NCBI RefSeq assembly: GCF_006345805.1
Contig: NC_042998.1
Span: forward strand, 205,096,001 to 205,160,000
Direction of reading: 5' to 3'
Source of the DNA: Octopus sinensis
Lineage: Eukaryota
Length of the DNA: 64,000 nucleotides
The notes under the pieces were generated by a model, which saw only the letters and a program-made list of their open reading frames with translations, ran no database searches and had not been told where the DNA came from. A program made the translations under genes and the position numbers. The number at the start of each line of letters is the position of its first letter. The first letter of the stretch is position 1. Below, piece by piece: positions 12,541 through 24,440 of this stretch.

Positions 12541-14796
12541 TTAACTGGCTGTTATAGTTAAGGTCTGTGTTTCTCTTGGGTTACTGTAAAGGTCTATACT
12601 CACAACTTGCTATGAGGAACTCTCTTGGGAATTCTTTTCTACTCTAGGCACAAGGCCCGAAATTTTGGGGGCAGGGCCCAGTCAATTAGATCGACCCCAG
12701 TATGCAACTGGTACTTAATTTATTGACCTCGAAAGGATGAAAGGCAAAATCGACCTTGGCCGAATTTGAACTCAATGTAAAGACAGACACAATACCACTA
12801 AGCATTTCGGCTGGTTTCTGCTAGCTTGCCACCTTGGGAATTGTCATAATGGTACCCAGCACCCTTCCACTCTCCTACCTACCCTTTGCTGGGGTCATCT
12901 TCCCCTTTTCACAGGTAATGCTTTTGTTCTGTTCTGTTTCTAGCATCCCCTCCCCTCTCCCTTCACACAGCTAACCTGGTGGTGGTGAGAGTAGGGTGGG
13001 GGTGCCAGTTTAATCCCCAATCCCTTCCCTCGCCAACAACCACCCACTGGATTACATGGAGCACCCACAACTATCGGATAGGGGCTAAACATAGAGGGGA
13101 CAAACAAGGACAGACAAAGGGATTAAGTCGATTGCATCAACCCCAGTGCGAAACTGGTACTATATTTATCGACCCCGAAAGGATGAAAGGCAAAGTCGAC
13201 CTCGGATATAAGTGTACCTAGGACTACATTATCCAATGTGCTGTTTTAAAAGAATGACTAAAATGTGATTTCAAAGAATGTTTGGTTGCTATTTCTACCT
13301 GGTTGAATCACCCTATAAAGGCTTCCTCCAATGAACACTCGTTGTTGATTCCAATCTGTAGTAGTAGTAGCAGTGGTGGTGGTGGTAGTAGTAGTAGCAG
13401 TGGTGGTGGTGGTAGTAGTAGTAGCATTAGTGGTGGTGGTGGTGGTAGCTGCTGTCACCAAGGTTGTTCTTGTTGAAAAAAAAGAAAGCTGTTACTGTCA
13501 TTTCTTTTCTTTTTGATGCAGTTATTGTTGTTGTTGCTGTATCAGGTTTTGCTGAATCTGTTCCTGTGCGACCAATATGTTTGTTTGTTTGTTTATTTAT
13601 TCAAGATGTTTGAAACCACAAACAACAACAACAACAACAGCAGTTTCTCGACTCGGTTCTCCATTTCACACAACTCACAGCTTCCCTCTATTTCTCTGTT
13701 GTTTCTACCAGACCCAATACCAGGTTGTTTAGCCCCAGGTGAACCTACAGTGAACAGACCCATGATCAAAATCGTTCTAACCATGACCATCCTGTCTGTA
13801 TGCAAGGCATCCAGGACCACTTTATTCACTGTGTGTTTTTCTAAACCAGTGAGATATAATTTGAGGAAGATTTAACTGCTATTTCTTGCAACCACACAAA
13901 GACTCCTTTATTGACTCGTGTTACCTGCTGTCGTATCAAAAGTGTTACCTGCTCAGTCCCCACCATCCCTACAACCCTCCACACATGACGAAATTCTATA
14001 TAAGCATTTGATATTGGTAGCAGGTAGCCTAAGCAAGAAGATCTTCTCTCTCAGAGTAAAGAATATTGTAAAGAATTCTGTAAATGTTTACCGAAGTTCT
14101 GCAAGATGCCAGGTAGGTGTTTCACCGTCTTTAACTGATGCTGATTCCACTACTCAGCTTATCAAAAGTGAGAAATCAACAAAATAATTCTCAATCTTTG
14201 GATTGTTTTCGTGGCCTTTGTTTGTGTTGTGTTGTTGTTGTTGTTAGCTCTCAAATTCTGGGGTCGATGTAATTGACTTTACTCCCCACCCCACCCCACC
14301 CTCTCTTAACTTCACACGACATACTTTGCAGTCTTGCTTCCAACTCGTTCTGTTCCAAGTTCAAATCCTAATGAAGTCAACTTTGTTTTTTTTTTTCATC
14401 CTTTCACTGTTGATAAAATAAAATACCAGTAAAATACTGGGATCAATGAAATTGACTAATGCCCCTCCCCCCACCTCCAGATTGCTGGCCTTGTACCGAA
14501 ATCAGTGAAGATTCTTCTTCTTATTATTGCTATGCACTACAAAGAACCAGTTGAGTTCTGGGATTGATGTCAGTGAATTATCTCCAAGCTTAAAATTGCT
14601 GACTTTGTGTCAAAATTTTAATTTATCATTATTATTATTATTATTGTTGTTGTTGTTATCGTTATAATTTTCTTTGAATTGTTTCCATTTCTTGCTGAGT
14701 GTCTTCCTGACATCTAGGACAGAGAAATGCACTGTATACATTGGTAGGCCATTAAATTAAATACACCAGATTATTATTATTATTATTATTATTATT

Positions 14797-15702
14797 CAGT
14801 AGTTTTATTTTTATAGCGTGCTTTCACTTCACTACCGAGCGCAGCTCTGTGTGTCTTGGGTATGTGCTGTGATTTGTTGCGATGCTCTGATGGTTATTGT
14901 ATGGAAAGTGTTCTGCGTAGGATGTGTGCGGTGCCTAGTAGTGCAATTTTCTGTATGTTATATGTGTTTGTAAGTCCTGGTGTTTTTATGTATTTGTCTG
15001 AAAATTTTTTATCATGCCTAATGCACCTACTATGATAGGAATTGTTTCTGTTTTTAGATTCCACATTCTGGTTACCTCTATTTCCAGGTCTTTGTATTTT
15101 GAGAGTTTCTCCATTTCTTTTAGAGACATGTTGTCATTTGCCGGTATTGATACATCAATTAGAAAGCATTTTTTTTCTTCATGATCTCTGACAACTATAT
15201 CTGGTCTGTTGGCCTTAATTTCTCTATCTGTGTGTATCGGCATATCCCAGAGTATGGTTGCTTTCTCGTTTTCTGTGACCTTTTCTATACCATTTTTTTT
15301 CTGTTGTTATTCCATAATGTTGGCATAGCTTCCAGTGTATGTAGGTTCCAACTCTGTCATGTCTGTGAATATATTCCTTCTTAGCCAGGACTGGGCAGCC
15401 AGAGATATGATTTATTGTTTCTTGTCCATCTCCACATATTCTGCAGTTACTTGTTATATTTCTTTTCATTACATGTTTTTGGTAATTTCTGGTGGGGAGG
15501 CTTTGGTGTTGTGCTGCAATTAAAAATCCCTCTGTCTCTGCTTTGAGTCCTGAGCTTCTCAACCATTGCTGGGATTTTTCTTTGTCTATTTCTTTTGCAT
15601 TTAGTTTAGTCCAGTATTTACCGTGAAGGGGTTTTTCTTGCCATCATTTTATCATGGTTCTTTGCTGTTCTAGTTTTTTATCATGGTTCTTTGCTGTTCT
15701 AG

Positions 15703-15704
<2 letters not shown>
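14797..15704 (-). mobile_element. 5'-truncated R4/Dong-like non-LTR retrotransposon (restriction-like endonuclease) between (TTA)n tracts
   Basis: ORFs 15224-15562 and 14986-15243: LKAETEGFLIAAQ, CCHC knuckle CRICGDGQETINHISGC, RHD, NRPDIVV...LIDVSIP...EK..KY, PIIVGALG. These are hallmark RLE-type ORF C-terminal motifs. Confidence 0.88.
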
Positions 15705-15735
<31 letters not shown>

Positions 15736-16335
15736 TCAAAGCATCTTACTTGGAATATGTATTGTTGAAAGGGTCTTACAAAGGGTCTGTGAGACTCACT
15801 GTACAAGTGTATCAGTTATGTCTAAACCCTGTCATTCTGAACACAAGACTTAGTTTTTGTGCTGAACCTGTTTCGGTTATTTCTTAAATTCTTTAACAAA
15901 ATGTGATCTCTGCTGTGGTCTTTGTTTTTCTGGGGTTTTTTTTTCTTTTTCTCTTCATAAAACAGTTGTCAGTGTATGTAATTATCTCCTTGTCATTATC
16001 GTTTGACATCCACTTTTCATGCTAGCATGGGTTGAACAAGTCTTTACAATCCAAATCAGTCCATATGCAAAGTTATTGTCCTCCTAAACAAGTCAGGGAC
16101 TATGTTGCACTTCTAGATTTAACTTTTGGAGGCCCTTCTTAACTCTAACAGCTTTAAATAATATATTGGGTGCTTTATCCATGGCATCCACAGACATCCT
16201 GTTTTTGACAAGGCTAAAAAGTCCTCTTCACCTTATATAAATCTTCACCCTCCATAACTTATATATACATGTGTGTGTGTATATTTATGTGTGTATACAT
16301 TTATGTATGCACCTGTCTACTATACATATATCGGT

Positions 16336-16368
<33 letters not shown>

Positions 16369-16757
16369 CAATATGTGCACATTTGGGCTTGTGTGTGGGT
16401 GTGCATGTATGTGTTTCATGTGTGTGTGAGTGATCATATGCATATAGGCACATGTATGTGTATGTACATGCGTGCATACTCAAATTCTACGAGCGTTTTT
16501 TACTTTCTCGCCTTCGAGTTTTTTCCCCTTTATATAACGGTCATTCACTTAGTAGTTTCCCTTTGTTTAACGGTCGTTTTCACTACATTTTTGTTTGTCT
16601 TGACGAGATGCCAGAGCAGATTTCTGCCCTGACGTCCGGGACTCGGAGTTTTATTACGGCAACCAAATAATTGTCACATATTATATTTCAGATATATATA
16701 TGTATGTGTGTATGTATACTCTTTTACTCTTTTACCTGTTTCAGCCATCCGGCTGAG

Positions 16758-16788
<31 letters not shown>

Positions 16789-16789
16789 C

Positions 16790-17502
16790 ATCATCATCAT
16801 CATCATCGTTTAACGTCCGTTCTCCATGCTAGCATGGGTTGGACGGTTCGACCGGGGATCTGGGACGCCAGAAGGCTGCACCAGGCTCCAGTCTTATCTG
16901 GTAGTGTTTCTACAGCTGGATGCCCTTCCTAACGCCAACCACTCCGTGAGTGTAGTGGGTGCTTGTTACGTGCCACCTGCACAGGTGCCAGGCGAGGCTG
17001 GCAACAGCCACGGTCGGATTGGTGCATTTTACGTGCCACCTGCACGGAAGCCAGTTGAGGCGGCACTGGCATCGGCCATGATTCGGATGATGCTTTTTAC
17101 GTGCCACCGGCATAGAAGCCAGTCAAGGTGGCGCTGGCATTGGCCACGATTCGGATAGTGCTTTTTACGTACTACCAGTCCAGGGGTCCTGGCATCTGCC
17201 GGGTGCCAGTCATAGGATTGGTTCAGTTTCGATTCTGATTTCGATTTCACTTGCCCCAACAGGTCTTCGCAAGCAAAGGGGGGTTGGTACAGGTGCCTGT
17301 TGTCGGATGAGGTTCGATATCGACTTTGCTTGCCTCAACAGGTCTTTGTGTGTCCAAGGGAGGAAAGGCATGCATAAGTGGGCTGGACTCACTTGTCCTG
17401 CCTGGTCTTTTCACGTACAGCATATTTCCAAAGGTCTCGGTCGCTGGTCATTTCCTCAGTGAGACCTAAAGTTTGAAGGTCGTGCTTCACCACCTCGTCA
17501 TA
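16790..17502 (-). mobile_element. RTE LINE 3' end (last ORF2 codons, VNTR 3' UTR, (GAT)n tail)
   Basis: DEVVKHDLQTLGLTEEMTSDRDLWKYAVREKTRQDK* followed by the repeat-containing 3' UTR. This links the common tail family to RTE ORF2. Confidence 0.9.
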
Positions 17503-19161
17503 TATATATATATGTGTATATATATATATATATATATCCATATCAATTGATTTACACACACACACATATACACACGTATACATAATACGTGTAAGCATGT
17601 GTGTCCATACATATGCACATGTGTGTGTGTGTGATGTCCTGGTGTATCTCGGGCTACATGGTTATGGTGTAGTATAGGAATTCAACAGGGTAAAGCTGAA
17701 AGTAGGAAGAGTTAGGGAGAAAGACAGAACTTGCATTTGGCGTGTAATCTGCGGATGGCCTTCGTGCTAGTTGTTAGGTTTCATCCGATGGGCACTTTTG
17801 GATCGAAGATCCTTCATCAGACATTTTTTCCATCTCTGTTTTTTTTTTTTTTGTGGTGGTGGTCTTTACTGGTGCTCGTTAGAGGCTCTGGAAGCAGTAG
17901 GTCTACTTCCAGTCATCGAGTTTCATTAAAGTTTCAGGGTCAGGTGGTGCAGTAACTGGACAGGCTTGAATAGCATACTGACCATGGTCCAGCAATGGCC
18001 TTTTTTTAATTATTGTCAGATTGTGCACAGCATACTTCACACGCCCAACTGGTCACTACACTGTCCGAGTTATTTACTAAATGTTGTGTGTGTGTGTGTG
18101 TACATAAATAAGCATATGCTAATTAGGATCATTGCTCAAAGGAAGATAAACCTCAACGAACAGGAAGTGGAAATACAAAGACAAGCAGAAGTAGGGAACC
18201 TATTAAAGAACCCAAGAAAGTTGTCTGAACCGATAGGAGTGGGTGGGGTGAAATGGGGGGGATGGTGGATGTGCTGCTATGGTGCCATGGGTAGTTAGTG
18301 ATATAAATAACGATAAGAAGGCTTTCATATTGGTGCAGGGATCGAGTTGTCACGAAGCACACAGAAAAGGAGGTTAGTAGAATAATATGAGATGGATGAA
18401 GAGATGAAAAACAAAGCTGATTGGTTTCTGATGGGGAAGTAAGGGTCTGTGCTGCACTTGATGTTAAATATGGCGCTTGCTATGGATTATAAATCACCTT
18501 GTGAATGAATTTGGTTGACAAGAAACTCTGTGGAAACTCATCATATATGTATGTGTTTCTGTTTGTTCTCACCACTGGTTGGCAACCAGTGTTGGTTTGT
18601 TTATGTCCCGGCAATTTAGCATTTCAACAAATGTGCTGATGGAATTAGTACTGACACTTGATTTATCTGATTTAAAACCTTTGAGGTGGTGCTCCAGCAT
18701 GGCTGCAGTCTAATGGCAGATAAAAGCTGAACTTTCTCACTCTCTGTCTGTCTGTCTGTCTATAACAAGAAAAAATAACATTTGTCCCTTTTTATAGAAC
18801 CAAAAGGGTTTTTAGGACTGCAAAAGAAGTGCTCAAATATAAATAAACACGAAGATAAAGGAGCATTGGTTATAGAAGAAACATTAAATTTGGGTCAACA
18901 ACTTACACACAGCAGCACCACACCCCAAGCATTTAATCATATATAAAAAAAACACCATGATCTACAAACACATAAAAATAATAAATATACATAAAATCAC
19001 AGGTTTTCTGTTTCCTGTTTATCCTGATGAGGGAGTCATCAGCATGATGCACTCTAGTATAAATAAACTGCGGTGGTGAGCTCCCGGAATATACATCTAT
19101 ATATATACACACACATATAATATATATACATACATATACATATATATATATATATACACAC

Positions 19162-19207
<46 letters not shown>

Positions 19208-19306
19208 TATAATATATATTTATATATATATACATACATACCTCGTGAGTACCGTTGGCGATTTTTTCCCTCTGTCTTCCCTTCTCGGGATCTTTCCTTC
19301 TCCTAT

Positions 19307-19341
19307 GTTTCCGACGAAGAGCTCCGCTCGAAACGTTAAAC
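19307..19341 (+). ncRNA. Second minimal hammerhead-ribozyme-like motif, variant core
   Basis: GUUU / CCGACGA / A / GAGC-UCC-GCUC / GAAA / CGUU / AAAC. Perfect 4-bp helices I and II and palindromic ACGU. Core has U4 replaced by C. Shares downstream TTCCTGAGCGT with the 4763 copy. Confidence 0.55.
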
Positions 19342-19443
19342 CCTCCTTCTTCCCTTCTTTCCTGAGCGTCCAATAATACTTTATTTGTTCCACGTCCTCA
19401 CGTGGTTGTGTCTTTTTTTTGTGTTTTCTTGTTTGGATTAACG

Positions 19444-19480
<37 letters not shown>

Positions 19481-19697
19481 AAACAAGTAAAGTAGGTAGT
19501 GCCAAAATCTCTAAAATGTAATGTTTGTTGTCACTTGAATAGTAGGGGTTCAGTCCCCTGCTCGCAATATATCAGACACAGGTTGTGTCAATAACCAGCT
19601 GGAGGAGTTGTTCTCCTGGGTGAAAAAGAGGTAGAAATGTTGTTCTGTACAGAACAGCCATGTTGAAGTGGTAACAAACATTACTTTTATATATATG

Positions 19698-19751
<54 letters not shown>

Positions 19752-19850
19752 ATATATATATAATATTAAATAAGGGTAGAAATTGATATTAATCAATTAA
19801 AACCAGTGGGCCAGCAAATTTTTAAAAAATCCGAAGATTAAAAATTGTTT

Positions 19851-20067
19851 TACATACAAAATTTAGAGGACTGACCAATAAAAGTGGACAGCCTATATGC
19901 TAGACATAGATGGCAAAATTGCCATTTTCCACGAAGAATGTGTTCTCATTTTGCTGAATTTTTTTTTCTTGAGAACACATTCTTCATGGAAAATGGCGAT
20001 TTTGACGTCTATATCTAGCATATAGGCTGTCTGCTTTTATTGGTCAGTCCTCTAAATTTTGTATGTA
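19851..20067. repeat. Foldback inverted repeat / MITE-like, arms about 98 bp
   Basis: TACATACAAAATTTAGAGGACTGACCAATAAAAG...TGTTCTCA (19851-19948) is the near-exact reverse complement of 19970-20067; 21-bp spacer. Confidence 0.92.
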
Positions 20068-20095
20068 TATGTATATATATATATATCTATATATA

Positions 20096-20151
<56 letters not shown>

Positions 20152-20170
20152 GTATGTGTATATATATATG

Positions 20171-21010
20171 TGCGAGGTGTGGTGAATAAACTATTGTCTG
20201 AATAACTCCAAAATAAAAATAACACTGACATCTCATTTTAACAGATATATTTACCAAAATTACATAAAAATATCTTGAAATACTAAAGAGAAAATTTATT
20301 CAATAAAATTGCCAGACGACTTTGGAATCTCCTGCAACTCTTCTGGATGGTCTCCTTGTTTAAGTTGGTGAATGCTGCCATAATCTTTGTCTTCAGTTCA
20401 TCTTTGGTGTTACAAGGAGTTTTGTTGGTCTTTCACTCAACTGCGTCCCACACGTAATAATAATAATCAAGGGGGTTGCAGTCTGGGGAGTTAGGTGGCC
20501 AGATGTTAGGGGTGATGTGGTCACAAAAATTGTCTGACAGTCATTACTGGGTTCTCCTCCTTGTGTGGCATGGGGCAGAGTCCTGTTGCCAGACATAGGG
20601 TCTTCTAGCAGCCACTGTCATGACCCAGGGCAGCACTACCCCCTCCAAGCACTTGATTTAGGCCTCCGTGTTGTGTTTGAGGCTGCGTGGGAAGATAAAT
20701 GGAGGCATAACGTCGCCATCGTGAGTGATAATCTCAAACACCATGATGTTGATGTTAGATTTTTATCACTCTTGGTCCATGTCCTCAGATTGACACCCAA
20801 AGACTCTGAAATGTTCGTATTGGAGCATCCAGTGTGAATGCCAAGCAGTACAGCATGTTGTTTCCAAATTTTTGGCAGAGCGAATTGCCTCATGGTACTG
20901 CTTTCCTCACAGACGGTGCCCAGCTGACCCTACTGTACTGTGTATAGTAGGGTCAGCTGGGCACTGTCTGTGAGAAAATCAAAAACAATGTGCATGTGCG
21001 AAATTAAAAA
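20171..21010 (-). mobile_element. Internally deleted maT (DD37D) Tc1/mariner element
   Basis: N-terminal HTH-like KQHAVLLGIHTGCSNTNISESLGVNLRT joined directly to catalytic remnants WQQDSAPCH...WPPNSPDCNPLDY. I count 37 residues between the two Asp (two in-frame stops included). Confidence 0.88.
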
Positions 21011-21275
21011 TATAAAATGGTAGGCGTGGGCATGGCTGTGTGGTTAGGGAGCTTGCTTTCTAGCTACATGGTTTCGGGTTCAGTCCCACTGCGTGGCACT
21101 TTGGGTAGGTGTCTTTCACTATAGCCCCGAGCTGACCGGAGCTTTGTGATTGAATTCGGTAGGTGGAAGTTACTGCCGTGTGTGCATATGTGCGTGTAGG
21201 TGCTTGTGCCTCTCCCAAAGAGAGAGAGAGGGTAACAATTTACCCATCGCACCCTGTATGTGTGTGTGTGTGTAT

Positions 21276-21308
<33 letters not shown>

Positions 21309-21309
21309 C

Positions 21310-21600
21310 ATCATTGTTTAATGTCCGTTTTCCATGCTGGCATGGGTTGGACAATTCAACCGGGGTCTGAGAAGCCAGGAAGCTGCACCAGGCTCCAATC
21401 TGATCTGGCAGTGTTTCTACAGCTGGATGCCCTTCCTAACACCAACCACTCTAAGAGTGTAGTAGGTGCTTTTTTTTACATGCCACTGGCACAGGGGCCA
21501 GAGGGGACTGGCATCAACCACAATCGGATGGTACTTTTTACGTGCCACCGGCATGGGAGCCAGTCAAGGCGGCACTGGCATCGGCCACGTTATATATATA
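21310..21600 (-). mobile_element. RTE 3' end
   Basis: CATCAT tail and CTACAGCTGGATGCCCTTCC on the + strand. Confidence 0.85.
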
Positions 21601-22107
21601 TAATCATCGTCGTTTAACGTCTGCTTTCCATGCTGGCATGGATTGGACAGTTTGATTAAGGACTGGCAAACCAGGAAGCTGTATATATACATGCACACAC
21701 ACACACACATACAATCTTGTTTGTTTACAAACTCCATTTGCATGTAGTTATTTATTTTGTTATTTGTGTTTTAATTCTAATTTACATTTCACTTGTTGAC
21801 TCTGCTACCCCCCCCACCACCACCACCACTGCTTCTGCCATCACATCACCACCACCATCACCACCACCACCACCCCATCCCTGATTGTAAGAGTGCATTA
21901 GAATCAGGAGAATTAATTTAATTATCATTTGTGTAATTAATCTGAAATTTGTTGACTGACAAAATACGTTTTATTCTTTAATCTCTTCCAAACTCGTGGA
22001 TTTGCTGAGCATTAACCAGGAGTGGTTTCTTGTCTGTCTCTGGCTTATCTTTGATCTGTGTGCAGTCTCACCTGTATTAAAACTATCAAATTATAATCAG
22101 GTTACAT

Positions 22108-22334
22108 CTCTTTACTCTTTACTCTTTTACTTGTTTCAGTCATTTGACTGCGGCCATGCTGGAGCACCACCTTTAGTCGAGCAACTCGACCCCGGGACAT
22201 ATTCTTTTTGTAAGCCCAGTACTTATTCTATCGGTCTGTTTTGCCGAACCGCTAAGTAACGGGGACATAAACACACCAGCATCGGTTGTCAAGCAATGCT
22301 AGGAGGACAAACAGACACACAAACACACACACGC

Positions 22335-22366
<32 letters not shown>

Positions 22367-22524
22367 ACGACGGGCTTCTTTCAGTTTCCGTCTACCAAAT
22401 CCACACACAAGGCTTTGGTCGGCCCAGGGCTATAGTAGAAGACACTTGCCCAAGGTGCCACGCAGTGGGACTGAACCCGGAACCATGTGGTTGGTAAACA
22501 AGCTACTTACCACACAGCCAATCC
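22108..22524 (-). mobile_element. tRNA-derived SINE, family A, full length
   Basis: Complete head, core, microsatellite and tail in reverse orientation. Confidence 0.9.
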
Positions 22525-24252
22525 TCAGGATGTTTTCTTTTTTTTTTTTTCTTCTCATAAGATCTACCTGTAATTTCACTCCAGCAACCTGCTGTGGACC
22601 CTTTCTATGACCGACAAAGACTCTGTAAGATTTTAGGATCAACCCTTATGTTTTATCTTTTATCTTTTTTCAGTCATTAGAGTATAACCCCAGGACTTTT
22701 CTGTTTTTTTATTCTGGTACTTATTCTATCGATCTTTTACCGAACTGCTAAGTGACAGGGATGCAAACACACCAACACCAGTTTTCGAGTGGTGGTGGGG
22801 CACACACACACATGGGTTTCTTTCAGTTTCCGTCTACCAAATCCACTCACAGGCTTTGGTCAGCCTGAAGCTATAGCAGAAAACACTTGCCCATGGTGCC
22901 ACATTGTAGGACTGAACCTGGAACCATGTGGTTGGGAAGCAAGCTTCTTACCACACAGACATGCAAATACATCATACCATCATCATCACCATCATCATCA
23001 ACATAGTTGTTGTTTTCAAGTCTCTAATAACAGTAGTAGTAGTAGTTGTTGTCATCAAAGAGAATGACTCTCCCCAGACACAACAAAATATGCTTCAACA
23101 CACGAACTCATATAAAGAATCTGGCAAACCAAATCCAAAGACGAAATATAATATCTATAGAATCTGGCTGAGGGAGGGGGGGGAAGGCATTAGCTATGAT
23201 GTGTTTATATAAGACCTCTAGTGACAGGTTGAAGGGAAGAGAAGAGGAGGCTGCATCAAATGGGCAGGAGTGTACTGAATTATCCCCCTTTTGAGTAGAG
23301 CCATGCTCCTTATACTTGCAAGTGTGTGGCCTCTGTTAAAGCACACCCAAGGGTGGCCTTAAACCAGAAACTGTGTGAAGCCCACTCTGTCAAACTACTC
23401 TACCAACTGTCGTTGCTTGAAAAGAACTTGCTGAAGATGTTTACCTCCCGTCAAGAAAATATTTTAATTATCTGCAACCAAAACTGATGACTGCTTCACT
23501 TGCTAATTACTTTTAATGTGTTTTAAAAGAAAGTACAAATCTAATTATGTTATCATTCTTCTAATTATCTAATTATACAATCACTACATATTAAGATAAA
23601 TGTATTCCACCAAGAAACTAAATATAATTTCGTATAATTAATTAATTGACTTCATTACAGTATATTGAAACTCCTCGAAAGAAAGCTGATATGCTAAGGT
23701 GAAAGTTTATCTGGGTCCAAGGTAAACTTAGACAGTTTCAATAGAGAAACTAACTAATCTGTTGATGTGTTCATAAAGCAAATTGTGTAATCGGAACTGT
23801 TCTTGTCTGTAATGAAGTGTCTTGCGATGTGTCTTGTAATCTCTTTGATGTTTCTCTAACAACTATGAAGAGCAGCTAACTGAGAAGAACGAAGTGCTTG
23901 TTGTGTATTTCGTTGGTGGGGGGGCAAGGGATTAAATATCCAGAAAGAAGATTGGAGGGGTAAATCTATGAACGATGTGTTTCATGTGATAAGACACCCA
24001 AGAAAATGGAATGTAATCTGGAAGCTAGGAATTAGGGCATCTCTTTTTTTCTTTTTTTTTTTTTTTTATTATTACTTTAATTTGGGGTTTTCACTTTGGA
24101 GCAAATAGTAGAATGACCTGAACTTTCTGGCTTTGAGGACATAACAATAAAAGACTGGGTCATGAACAGTGGCTTTCTTCTTTAGAACCACAAAATATTT
24201 CAACCTCTAACAACTCTGAACCTTCTGCAAAACTCTGGAGAAAGATGCGATG

Positions 24253-24440
24253 GAGGACTACCATATTTGAGTACTTCCACGTAGGAGTACTTTGCTATGG
24301 AGTACTGCCAGAATGGCAGACTTGCATATTGAAGTACTTCCACAATGGAGTACTGTAAGAATAGAGGACTTCCTCTTTGAAGCACTTCCATAATTGAGTA
24401 CTGCCAGAATGGGGTCCTGTCCCAATTGAGGACTGCCACT
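24253..24440. repeat. Degenerate minisatellite of about 57 bp rich in GAGTACT palindromes
   Basis: GGAGTACTGCCAGAATGG and AAGTACTTCCA motifs recur. The minus frame gives repeating QYSIxEVLQ. Confidence 0.7.

Noticed and set aside
16600-16650. Third hammerhead motif
   Set aside because: TTGACGAG and CTGACG are present, but no correctly placed GAAA or helix arrangement exists on either strand.
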